Position numbers and translations under genes: made by a program. A stretch of 64,000 bases of DNA from Mobula hypostoma (lineage: Eukaryota): contig NC_086097.1 of NCBI RefSeq assembly GCF_963921235.1, positions 231,696,001-231,760,000 on the forward strand, given 5' to 3'. How positions within the stretch are numbered: position 1 is the first letter of the stretch; every line of letters starts with the position of its first letter. This document shows positions 50,775-61,949 of this stretch, one piece after another. Under the pieces are notes generated by a model that saw only the letters and a program-made list of their open reading frames with translations, was not told where the DNA came from and made no database searches.

Positions 50775-52785
50775 AGGGCAGCCCTCTGTACTATCTTGAT
50801 GCTTGAGGGGCTTCCGCACTTGATTCAGCTCCTCCGTATCCTGTTGTGGAAGGAGGCTAGCCTGTGGTGCTTTCCCATAGAGCCTTTGTGTTGGGCTACA
50901 CTAAACTTTGATACATCCCTCAGCACGTACACCTGCAGTCTGGAAAGTTCCATTCAATAGAATCCTCTTCCAGACTTCTCACAGTGCTGGAGGTCCAAAA
51001 AGCTTCAGGCAGATCGAAGGGTGTCTTTCACTGTGATAATAGTCATAGTCATAGTCATACTCATACTCATACTTCATTAATCCCGGGGGAAATTGGTTTT
51101 CGTTACAGTTGCTCCATAAATAATAAATAGTAATAGAACCATAAATAGTTAATAGTAATATGTAAATTATGCCAGTAAATTATGAAATAAGTCCAAGACC
51201 AGCCTATTGGCTCAGGGTGTCTGACCCTCCAAGGAAGGAGTTGTAAAGTTTGATGGCCACAGGCAGGAATGACTTCCTATGACACTCAGTGCTGCATCTC
51301 TGTGGAATGAGTCTCTGGCTGAATGTACTCCTGTGCCCACCCAGTACATTATGTAGTGGATGGGAGACATTGTCCAAGATGGCATGCAACTTGGACAGCA
51401 TCCTCTTTTCAGACACCACCGTCAGAGAGTCCAGTTCCATCCCCACAACATCACTGGCCTTACGAATGAGTTTGTTGATTCTGTTGGTGTCTGCTACCCT
51501 CAGCCTGCTGCCCCAGCACACAACAGCAAACATGATCGCACTGGCCACCTCAGACTCATAGAACATCCTCAGCATCGTCCGGCAGATGTTAAAGGACCTC
51601 AGTCTCCTCGGGAAATAGAGATGGCTCTGGCCCTTCTTGTAGACAGTCTCAGTGTTCTTTGACCAGTCCAGTTTATTGTCAATTCGTATCCCCAGGTATT
51701 TGTAATCCTCCACCATGTCCACACTGACCCCTTGGATGGAAACAGGGGTCACCGGTACCTTAGCTCTCCTCAGGTCTACCACCAGCTCCTTAGTCTTTTT
51801 CACATTAAGCTGCAGATAATTCTGCTCACACCATGTGACAAAGTTTCCTACCGTAGCCCTGTACTCAGTTTCATCTCCCTTGCTGATGCATCCAACTATG
51901 GCAGAGTCATCCGAAAACTTCTGAAGATGACAAGACTCTGTGCAGTAGTTGAAGTCCGAGGTGTAAATGGTGAAGAGAAGGGGAGACAAGACAGTCACCT
52001 GTGGAGCCCCAGTGCTGCTGATCACTCTGTCGGACATACAGTGTTGCAAGCACACATACTGTGGTCTGCCAGTCAGGTAATCAAGAATCCATGATACCAG
52101 GGAAGCATTCACCTGCATCGCTGTCAGCTTCTCCCCCAGCAGAGCACAGTGAATGGTGTTGAACGCACTGGAGAAGTCAAAAAACATGACCCTCACAGTG
52201 CTCGCTGGCTTGTCCAGGTGGGCGTAGACACAGTTTAGCAGGAAGACGATGGAATCCTCAACTCCTAGTTGTGGCTGGTAGGCGAACTGGAGGGGATCTA
52301 CGTGTGACCATAGGCTGGAGCAGCTCCAGAACAAGTCTCTCCAGGGTCTTCATGATGTGGGAGGTCAATGCCACCGGTCTGTAGTCATTGAGGCCGCTGG
52401 GGCGCGGCGTCTTCGGCACAGGGACGAGGCAGGATGACTTCCACAATACAGGAACCCTCCGGAGTCTCAGGCTCAGGTTGAATACATGACGAGTACTCCA
52501 CATAGCTGAGGGGCAGAGGCTTTGAGCACCCTGGTACTGACACCATCCGGTCCTGCAGGTTTGCTCAGGTTGAGATGTTTCAGCTGTCTTCTCACCTGTA
52601 GAGCTGTGAAGCCCACCGTAGTGGTTTCGTGTGGGGAAGGGATCCTTGAGAGGCACTTGATGTCTGTCTTGGTGTTTGCCCCTAGGTCGGAGAATCCTCC
52701 GTTATACGGCTTCTGGGGATGAACCGAGACAAGGACCCTTGCATCCTTCTTCAAACCCCCTTAGCAAATCCACCACCTGCAAAGG
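50775..52785 (-). mobile_element. Tx1-clade LINE ORF2 C-terminal remnant (50775-51038 plus 52653-52785) split by a Rex1 insertion
   Basis: Minus strand FAKGV*RRMQGSLSRFIPRSRITEDS..TDIK then ITVKDTLRSA*SFL..SRLQVYVLRD; matches the recalled Tx1-type pattern AK.VW..MQ..LSRFIP..VKDALWSARN..YVLRD. Confidence 0.6.
51039..52645 (-). mobile_element. Rex1/Babar LINE, 5'-truncated ~1.6 kb, young
   Basis: ORFs 52258-52656, 52473-52754 and 51204-52334 (AGPDG, DYRPVALTS, DPLQFAYQ, DFSSAFNTI, QKFSDD, YKYLG); (ATGACT)n tail at ~51039-51070. Confidence 0.93.
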
Positions 52786-55367
52786 GGTGGCTAGGCCATG
52801 ATATTTCAATTAATGCCTTGCCGTGCCAGCACAAATTTGCTCAGTCTTATTCGCTGCAGATTCATTCTGCAGCTATGATGTGTTTCAAATGCTGTCTTGA
52901 GTTTGAATCAGAAACAGAATATAAAAAATAGATATCTAGTGCAAAATGAAAGCAAGATATTGAGGTAGCGTTTGTGAGTTCAGAACTTTGATTCCGAGGG
53001 GGGAAAAGCTGTTGCTAAAACGGTGAGTGTGTGCCTTCAGGCTCCTGTACTTCGTCCCTGAGGGTAGCAAAGAGGGAATGTTCTGGGCGATGAGGGTCCT
53101 TAATGATGACGCCTCCTTCCTGAGGCATCACCTTTAAGTATGTCCCCAGTGGTGGGGAGGCTAATGTCCATGATGGAGCTTTGGAGGGAAAGATATCCAC
53201 TGTTGCTTTGGAAGCTGAAGTGGCCAAATAATATGGTAAAAATGTATCTAGTTGCAGTGTCCTCTGGGCTGCAATTCTGCAGATTTAAAGACTCCTCATT
53301 AGGAATGTTACCGCCCGTAATCCAGTAAAGCAGGAAAAATGCCAGACTTGAATATAAGTGATTTGTTAGATAGTAATATAATTGTCTTTGTAACAGAATT
53401 TAGAGATAAGTAGATTAGTTAGTTAGTTTAACATTGATATAATTCGAGGTAGGAATGTTGGGTAATTAATTGCCATCTTTATTGTCCTTTGGGGATCACA
53501 TGTGGTTCGTCATTAGTCTGCTGTTCTCATTGTTGAGGTAAACAGATCTACACTATTAACCTATGAGTGTCCTTTAACATCAATCTACAACTGCAACTTA
53601 AACGTAAAGCTGCTATCAATTTTCAAGTGAATTTATTCAATAAAAGCTATTGCTAAAACTAACATACGTTCAAATATTTTTAAGAATTGCTCATATATTG
53701 CTGAATTAAATATTACTTTGGGCTTAAAGTTTTGTAAAACGGTACCTATACTAAACAAAGAGCTATTTATAAAATTGTTTTATCTGCAGAGATTACTGAA
53801 CACAAGAGACTCTGCAGATGCTGAAAATCCAGGAATTCTGTCTTCATTCCTCCTTCCTTTGCAGTACTGCTAGAGAGCCTCGGCCCAAAACGTCCACTGT
53901 TTGTTCACTTCAATAGTTGCTGCCTGGCCTGCTGAGTTCCCGCAGCATTTTGTGTGTGTTACTTTACTAATTGCCTTCACAGCTTAATTATCCACCAACA
54001 CAAGTTAAGAACCCGCTGTAAAGAAAACATGCATAAGCCAGAAAGCAAACTGCTGAAACCTGGTTGGAAGGATGTTAATTCAGCAGTTCACAAAATTCAA
54101 TTCCAGAAAATGTACAACATCCTCAGCTCGCTGCTGGGGTTTGTATCTGTAGCTTAGCTACAGCGCTGACCAAGTCATTTGCAGTTAATGGTTCGAAATC
54201 ATTAATATCCAACAGGACGAATTTGAGTTTTCTCTTTTGCGTGCAAATTGTCAGCAGTGTGAAATCTGGTGTCTGTTCAGCGGGTGTTTTACAATGTAAG
54301 TGCATCAATCCAAGTGGTTATGTACGACGCACAATGAGACCACATGGAACATCTAACGACTAATGGAGAAACGATTTCTACAGAAGTCTGGTAATCCTTA
54401 GTGGATACAATTTCTATAACGTGCAAGAAGTGTAAGCCATCAAAGGGGACTTCAAAATCATTATCCGAAAGATCTTTGCTTCAGTGTCTCATTTCTCAGT
54501 TAGTTCACCAAGTTTTTAAAGCTATTATCATCACCTCTTCCTTGTGTAACCTATACTCAACCCTTTCCTACTTGCTCATCCCCTTCTGCCCATTGCACGT
54601 TCCTGTCTTTCTATTTATCACTGTGCTGAATCTCTGCGCTCATCTGCTTCACTATTTCAAAGTTCAATGTTCAAAGCTCAAAGTAACTTTATCAGCAGAG
54701 TTTCTGTCTCTGTATTTTTGAGATTCCTTTTCTCACCAGTCATTCACTAAAAACAGGAACACAATAGAAACAATGAAAAATTAGACACAAAGACGGAGAG
54801 ACAACCAATGAAGACAATCTGCACAAACATAAAAATAAATAAAAGGGTGAACAATACTGAGTTGTAGAGTCCGTGAAAGTAAGTCCATAGGTTGTGGAAT
54901 CTGGTTAGGTTTGAGGTGGGTGAAATAATCCAATCTGGTTCAGGAGCCTGATAGTTGAAGGGTAACAACTGTTTCTGAAACTGGTGGTGTGGGACCTAAG
55001 GCACATCCTGCCCAACGCTAGCTGTGAGAAGGAAGCATGTCCTCCTCAAAATCATCTTTGATGATGCATGCTGCTTTCTTCCGGCAGCGCTCCTTGTAGA
55101 TGTGCTCAACGATGGGGATGGATTTTCCTGCGATTCAACCTCTGTAGTTCAGCTCCAGCCCTGCTCCAATACCAGATATAGTTTTGGCCAAGTCACTTGC
55201 AGTGAAGTTTAAACCATAACCAGAGTAACATGTATTTTAAAAGAAGGGTCTGATGTTCACAAATAAATCATTTTCTTCATTGACTGCAGTCTTATATCTT
55301 ACTTTCTTGATCATTAAACATTATAATTAAAAGTAGTTCTGTAATTTCAACAGTTTCTTAAGAATGT

Positions 55368-55910
55368 CATTGTGGGGGTGGTAATGGAGACACCTAATAC
55401 TGGTGTGTGCTTCAAATAGCCTCTGACAACCAAGTCCAGCTCCTGGCCTTCATTTGTGGTTCAGCTACTAGGCCCGGTGGAACCGTTTCTACAGACAGGA
55501 GGAGGGGCAAAGGGGAGGTTACTGGTTCCTTACAACCAGTGGCATTAGGCAGATAAGGCTCATTAGCCATGGTTGACAGCTCATCTAGAAAAAGGAAAAT
55601 GCTAATCTCAAACTTCCGAGGCCTTGCGGCTATACCCATTTATGGGGAAGGCTTAAGGAGTAAATCCCATGGAAAATTCTGGAGCTGGAGTCCCTCAGGC
55701 AGTCCTATGTCGAGTTCAATGGTGACTGGCAACTCCTGCCTTCCTGCTGGTGCCAAACTGCATCCGTCTCTGCCATTCCTTTGGGTTCGTCAGGTGCGTG
55801 GAGAGGGGGAGCTTGCTACACGGCCAACAGCTCGCTCTCCATATTCTACTGCCCTGGCTTGCGTATCTAGACAGCAACATCCATGGTCGACCCTGACCGA
55901 CGGAAGCCTT
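55368..55910 (+). mobile_element. Probable non-autonomous retroelement (RTE-like 5'-UTR character)
   Basis: GC-richer island with no coding homology seen; family assignment from recalled motifs only. Confidence 0.3.
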
Positions 55911-55918
55911 AAGTTTCA

Positions 55919-56093
55919 ACCAACAGTCGACATTTCAGGCCAGGACCTTTCTTCAGGACCGGTCCTGAAGAAGCATCTCAGCCTGAAACATCAACTGTTC
56001 ATTTCCATGGTTGCTACCTGACCTACTGAGTTCCTCCAGCATGATGTGTGTGTTGCTCTGGATTTCCAGCATTTGCAGAATCACTTGTGTTTC
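55919..56093. mobile_element. Penelope-like pseudo-LTR with inverted partial duplication (two hammerhead-like cores back to back)
   Basis: Palindromic centre cttcaggaccggtcctgaag; + arm gtcCTGAAGAagcatctcagcctGAAAcaTCaac; - arm gtcCTGAAGAaaggtcctggcctGAAAtgTCgac. Confidence 0.8.
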
Positions 56094-56485
56094 TGTAATT
56101 TCAAAGCTCTAAAGAAATTGTTGCTATAATCACATATATTTTCTCTCTTTTTTCTCATAAGCACTGATATATTCAGTGACTATTCACGATTTAGAAAATG
56201 AGCTCTGTGACTAGTTACAGAATACATCAGAGCTATGATCGTTACATTCACTTTACCATGTATTGGTTACCATTCTCCTGACCTTTCCTTTCAAAGCTAA
56301 GTGAATTCACTAAAATTCAGTACATTCAAAACATACGCTGTCAGAAATCCCTTTACTTAAAAATACTGTTTTTGCTGCATTTGCAAAATAAAATTTATCA
56401 TCTTTCAAAATCCAATGACTTGTTTTAAATGGATGAAAGTATTTACTGAAATAAGAGAAGAATGTCAAATTGTGTAGATGAGTAG

Positions 56486-57265
56486 ATTCTATTCAGATTA
56501 TGATCAGAGATTAAGGGAGCTAGGGCTTTACTCTTTGGAGAGAAGGAGGATGAGAGGAGACATGATAGAGGTGTATAAGATAATAAGAGGAATAGAGTGG
56601 ATAGCCAGCGCCTCTTCCCCAGGGCACCAGTTCTCAATACGAAAGGAAATGGGGTGTTAGCTTTCATAAGTCGAGGGACAGAGTTTAAGAGTCGCGATGT
56701 AATGATGCAGCTCTATAAAATTCTGGTTAGGTCACACTTGGAGTACTGTGTCCAGTTCTGGTCACCTCACTATAGAAAGGATGTGGAAGCATTGGGAAGG
56801 GTGCAGAGGAGATTTACGAGGATGCTGCCTGGTTTAGAGAGTATGGATTATGATCAGAGATTAAGGGAGCTAGGGCTTTACTCTCTGGAGAGAAGGAGGA
56901 TGAGAGGAGACATAATAGAGGTGTACAAGACAATAAGAGGAATAGATAGAATGGATAGCCAGTGCCTCTTCCCCAGGGCACCGCTGCTCAATACAAGAGG
57001 ACATGGCTTTAAGGTAAGGGGTGGGAAGTTCAAGGGGGATATTAGAGGAAGGTTTTTTACTCAGAGAGTGGTTGGTGCGTGGAATGCACTGCCTGAGTCA
57101 GTGGTGGAGGCAGATACACTAATGAAGTTTAACAGACTACTAGACAGGTATATGGAGGAATTTAAGGTGGGGGCTTATATGGGAGGCAGGGTTTGAGGGT
57201 CAGCACAACATTGTGGGCCAAAGGGGCTGTACTGTGCTGTACTATTCTATGTTCTATGTTCTATA
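56486..57265 (+). mobile_element. CR1 LINE 3' fragment with a duplicated downstream segment at its 5' end
   Basis: 56486-56651 repeats 56846-57006; ORF 56597-57196; ttctatgttctatgttcta tail. Confidence 0.92.
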
Positions 57266-57518
57266 TTCCAGTGGTTGTTCACCTTCAAAAAATACAGAAG
57301 AGTTATCACAAAAAAATTGTAGATAACAAGTTGGCTTTAAAAATGTTCCATGTTTTCACTTGGTAGAAGTTTGCCTTTCTTTAATTAAAGTCCAAAGTAA
57401 ATTTATTCACAAAGTACATTTACGTCACCATATACAGCCCTGAGATTCATTTTCTTGCAGGCATACTCAATAAATCTATCGAGGAATAACCATAACAAAA
57501 TGAATGAACCTCTAAGGG

Positions 57519-57845
57519 ACTGCAGCCTTGTTGTGGTTTGGAGGCTTGTGTGCCTCAATAACCCGCAGCGCGATGCTGGCTGGAGTCAGGGCCTTATGCT
57601 TTGGCTCTTGGTAGGGTCAGACCCATGCCAAACAGGTCAGTGGGTCTGAGGCCAGACTAAGAGTGGCCCACCAGTCCTCCAGGTTTGAGGGTTTCGGCTC
57701 AAGGCTAACAAACCTGACTGGTCAAACGGAACTGTTCAGAAATAGCAGTAAGGAATCCTACATCTGGATGACCAAGGACAGACAATGATGGAGGACCTTC
57801 AGTGTTGCCCTAAAACCAATGGCATAGTGGGCAGGAAGTAAGTCA
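57519..57845 (+). mobile_element. Bipartite non-autonomous RTE element (5' UTR joined to 3' end)
   Basis: Starts gcagccttgttgtggtttggaggcttgtgtgcctcaat (RTE/BovB-like 5' end) and ends gccctaaaaccaatggcatagtgggcaggaagtaagt (RTE-like 3' end); no ORF. Confidence 0.55.
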
Positions 57846-58257
57846 GAGTCAAGGAAAGACTGCACAAATATGAAAAATGAACTGTTACAACTATTGAACT
57901 ATTTTCAGAATTGACATAGCTGAAATTGCCTGCTTGACATCATACAGGTGATTCTGAACCGGTATGTGTGAGAGGAGGAAAGATTGATTGCACATCAAAG
58001 ACATTGCTGGATAATGAAAATAGAGAAGCATTGTCAGAATAAACTCAGGCACAGACTGTGCAAGTACAGTTATGGAAAATGCAGTCTGTGCACAGAAAAT
58101 GACAATTGCGTACTTTGATTTTATTTATTACAGCAGTACAGCAAAGAAAATCTTCCACACTTCATAAACTTTTTCTAACTGCATCGACTTCCAGCTGCAT
58201 GGCAACAAAGGGTATGTGCGTGGGAACATTTCAGTCACCGTGCAGCTTAGAGGGAGA

Positions 58258-58478
58258 AGGGCACAGTTGTAAAGTGTGGTTATTTGAGTTATTGCCACCT
58301 TCCTGTCTGCTTGAACCAGTCTGGCCATTCTCCTCTGACTTCTCTCATTATCAAGGCCCACAGAACCGCCGTTCACTGGATTTTCTTTTTGTGTTTTGCA
58401 CCATTCTCTGCAAAGTCTAGAGACTGCTGCGTGTGAAAATCCCAGGAGTTCAGCAGTTTCTGAGATACTCAGACCATC
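58258..58478 (-). mobile_element. Tc1 transposase N-terminal remnant
   Basis: Minus strand SISETAELLGFSHAAVSRLCREWC..NERSQRRMARLVQADRKVAITQITTLYN, a Tc1 paired-like DNA-binding region. Confidence 0.7.
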
Positions 58479-59541
58479 CTGGTTCCTTCAATTTACATCT
58501 TACTGATGTTTTAATTAGTATATTAAAAGGAGTGCATTAACATAGGTTAATGGTCAATGTGTACTGGAAACTTTTCTTAGGCAAAAATGATCACAGAATC
58601 TGTTAGCTTGCTTTATATCTGCAATGATTTCAGAGGGATTTGGTTTAAGAAAAGCAGGGCAATATAGGCTCCACAACACCTTGACTACTCTTCAGTGCTG
58701 AGTCATTGGAGTGAGAGAATACAACACAGAAACAGGACCTTACTGTCCACATTGTCCATGTCAACCAGGACGCCTGTCGACAGTATTTAAATATGTCTGC
58801 ATTAGACCTATATCCCTCTTCCCTATCCAAGTATCGGTAGACATGTCTTACGAGCATACTATCTGCCATCATTACATCCTCTGGAAGTTTGTTCAAAATC
58901 AGCACCAGTCTCTGTGTGAAAAGCCAACCTCTTAGATCTCCATAGTATAATTGTAATCAATATCATTATAACCAGTATAAATATAATCAGTGTGAAACAA
59001 ATTTTTAAAAATCAATTGCTCAACTTCTTGGCACAGTTAAACACCTTTCTGCCCTTTGAGTGCTTATGAATACTTTGGTATAAATACTATTCAGGAACAG
59101 CTTCTTCCCTTCGGCCGTGAGATTTCTGAATGGACATTGGATTTCCAGCATTTGCAGATTTTCTCTTGTCGGTGATATATAATTCACAGGTTTTTTAAAA
59201 TTTATGTATTGCAATGTACCTCTGTTGCAAAAGCAACAAATTTCACAACATATGACGGTGATATCAATCCTGATTATGAGGTTGAGTACCTCTTACCTGA
59301 AATTCAAAAAATCCGAAAACCTCCAAAATCCTAATTTTTGGAGAGCTGACATGGCACCACAAATGGAAAATTCCACAGGGCGCTGGGAAGGTTCCCAGGC
59401 AACGCGCAGGTTTCTGCACACTGCAGACAGTTCTGAGAAGTGACCTCACATTTGTAATGAATAGAAGTGAATGAAAAATAGAAAAATACTGCATAAAGCA
59501 GAAGAAGGAAGATCTTGATTGTATATTGAAAGAGTGGATTC

Positions 59542-60622
59542 AAAGTACAATATAAGATTAATTATCAGAGTACATACGAGGGGTGATTGATAAGTTCGTG
59601 GCCTAAGGTAAAAGGAGTCAATTTTAGAAAACCTAGTATATTTATTTTTCCTACATTTACACACTTAATCCAGTGGTCGTGGAGCATACGGATCCCTTTG
59701 TAGAAATCGGCGTCTTGGACCTCCAGAGGTGGTCCACAGCAGGGGTGATTGATAAGTTCAACTTCAAACTTTCTGCATTTTCACTCAAAGAGTTGAACTG
59801 TATGTGCATGTAATGAGAGCTGTATAACTCATCTCCTTCTACCTTAGACAAACTTATCAATCACCCCTGCTGTGGACCATCTGGAGGTCCAAGATGCTCT
59901 CGTTACATGCATGTGCAGTTCAACTCTGAGTGATAATGCAGAAAGTTTGAAGTTGATAACTGATCTCCTTCTACCTTAGGCCACGAACTTATCACTCATC
60001 CCTGTTGTGGACCACTTCTACAAATAAGGGATCCGTATGCTCCACAACCGCTGGACTAAGTGTGTATGTGCAGGAGGGGACTACGTTGAAAAATAAATGT
60101 GCTAGGTCTTCTAAAATTGACTCCTTTTACCTTGGGCCACGAACTTATCAATCACCCCTCGTACATGTCACCACATACAACCCTAAGATTCTTTTACCTG
60201 TGGGCATACTTAGCAAAAATATAGAACGGTAAATATAAACAGGATCAATTAACATCAAACTATGTAAATGCAAATATAAATACGTAGCAATAATTAATGA
60301 GTATGAAGTAGCATGAATTGGAAGAGCATCAAATTAGAAGATAGAGAGTCCTTAAAGTGAGACCATTGGTTGTGGGAACACCAGAAATAGTTACCCCTTT
60401 TGTTCAAGAGCCTGATGGCTGAGGGGTAGTAATTGTTCTTGAACCTGGTGGTGCGAGTCCTGAGGCACCTGAACCTTCTACCTGACGGCAGCAGTGAGAA
60501 ACGAGCATGGCCTGGGTGGTGAGGATCTTTGATGATGGATGCTCTTTCTCTACTGCAACGTTTCATGTAGATATGCTCAATGGTTGGGAGGGACTTACCT
60601 GTGATGTACGCTAATTTTTGTA
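59542..60622 (-). mobile_element. Rex1/Babar-type LINE 3' fragment inserted in the Tigger transposase
   Basis: ITGKSLPTIEHIY..IIKDPHHPGHARFSLLPSGRRF..TTRFKNNYYPSAIRLLN; GGAT(T)CA at both junctions. Confidence 0.8.
59577..60161. mobile_element. Mariner-type fold-back MITE (585 bp)
   Basis: TA duplication (59575-59576 and 60162-60163); TIR cgaggggtgattgataagttcgtggcc; long imperfect inverted arms and internal TIR copies. Confidence 0.88.
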
Positions 60623-61429
60623 GGATCATCAGCGTTGGAGTGAACATATGGCACTTAACTGTATGATGATCATGAAACAAGCAATGATCTATCACAACAA
60701 ACTGAAAATTGAAGATAACTGTGAATATTCAGCAGGCTGCTTGCAGAAATTTTAAAAAAGGCATGGCATTAAATTTTTGAAGATTTGTAGTGATAAAGAG
60801 TCTGCTGATCATGAAGCAGCAGAGAAATTCATTGACGAGTTTGCCAAGATCGTCACTGATGAAATTCTAACACACTGAACAGCTGCATCCGTACCTACGT
60901 GAGATGAACAAGTGTAAGACAAAGATTGCTTGCTGGTAGTACATAAATTCAGAGTCCGAAATAATGGAGATCCAAAGCTATCTCATTACATATTCCAAAA
61001 TCCAATAAAATCCCATAACCTGAAACACTTCCAGCCGCAAGCATTTCAGATAAGGGGTATCGAACCTGTACAAACATTTAAGAGTTGTCAGCAGTGTTAC
61101 TCAATGCTTCTGAGAACTCATGTGGGTCTTCAGCAGTTATCTTTATGGGCTGAATGGCCTAATTCTGTTCCTATGTGCCAATGTCCTATTAAACCACTCT
61201 TCCTCCTTTAAGAGACCTCTGTCTTCTTGCATTCTTGAATGAATGAAATAATACAATTTCATTTTATAACACTGCATAATTATCACAGGGCAATTCCACA
61301 TACCTACTTTCTACAGTCTTGACACAAAAGCTGCAGTTTAGCGAATACTTTCACCAACAAATTGACCTTCCAATCACAAACCATCCCAACATTGCAATTT
61401 ATCACTGCTGCCAGGTCACAATTATTTTA

Positions 61430-61715
61430 TTATTTTATTATTTTATTATTTAGAGACAGGACAGAACAGGCAAAGAGCCACACCGCACAGCAACTAACCA
61501 TTTTAACACTAACGTAGTCACAGGACAATTTACAGTGACCAATTAACCTATTAATCTATAACGCCTTTGGACAGGGGAAGGAAACCAGAGCACCTAGAGG
61601 AATCCCACGTGGTCACGGAGAGAACGATCAGACTCCTTACAGAGGGTGCCAGGTTTGAACTCTGAACTCCAGAAAGTCCTGAACTGTAATAACGTTGTGC
61701 TAACTGCCACACTAC
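61430..61715 (-). mobile_element. V-domain (HE1-like) SINE
   Basis: Minus strand tRNA-like head, cgtgaccacgtgggattcctctaggtgctctggtttcctt core, (AATAA)n tail. Confidence 0.7.
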
Positions 61716-61949
61716 TGTTGTACCTGGAATGCAAGCACCCATACCTTAAAGTGGGAGTACTTTTACCTTTGAGACTGCAACGAATTGGCCTGAGGAGTGT
61801 CAGGTTCAATACAGGGCAGAGCATGGTAGTGTAGCAGGGCAGAACGGTGCCATTGCAGTTTTCATAATGCTTTGCAGTGCCAGCAATCAGGGTTCAATTC
61901 CTGCCACTGTTTGAAAGGAGTTTGTGCTTTCTCCAAGTGACCACATGTT

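Larger units (their letters stand above)
59278..61068 (+). mobile_element. Tigger4/Zombi-like (pogo; Jerky-related) DNA transposon, internally deleted, with nested insertions
   Basis: TIRs gaggttgagtacctcttacctgaaat / atttcagataaggggtatcgaacctg+TA; transposase remnant KNRKILHKA..DLDCILKEWI / QRWSEHMALNCMMIMKQA..YSAGCLQKF*KRHGIKFLKICSDKESADHEAAEKFIDEF (CENP-B-type HTH). Confidence 0.85.

Noticed and set aside
58049..58091. Hairpin gcacagactg...cagtctgtgc as a pre-miRNA
   Set aside because: Only a 10-11 bp stem with a long loop, too short for a Drosha substrate
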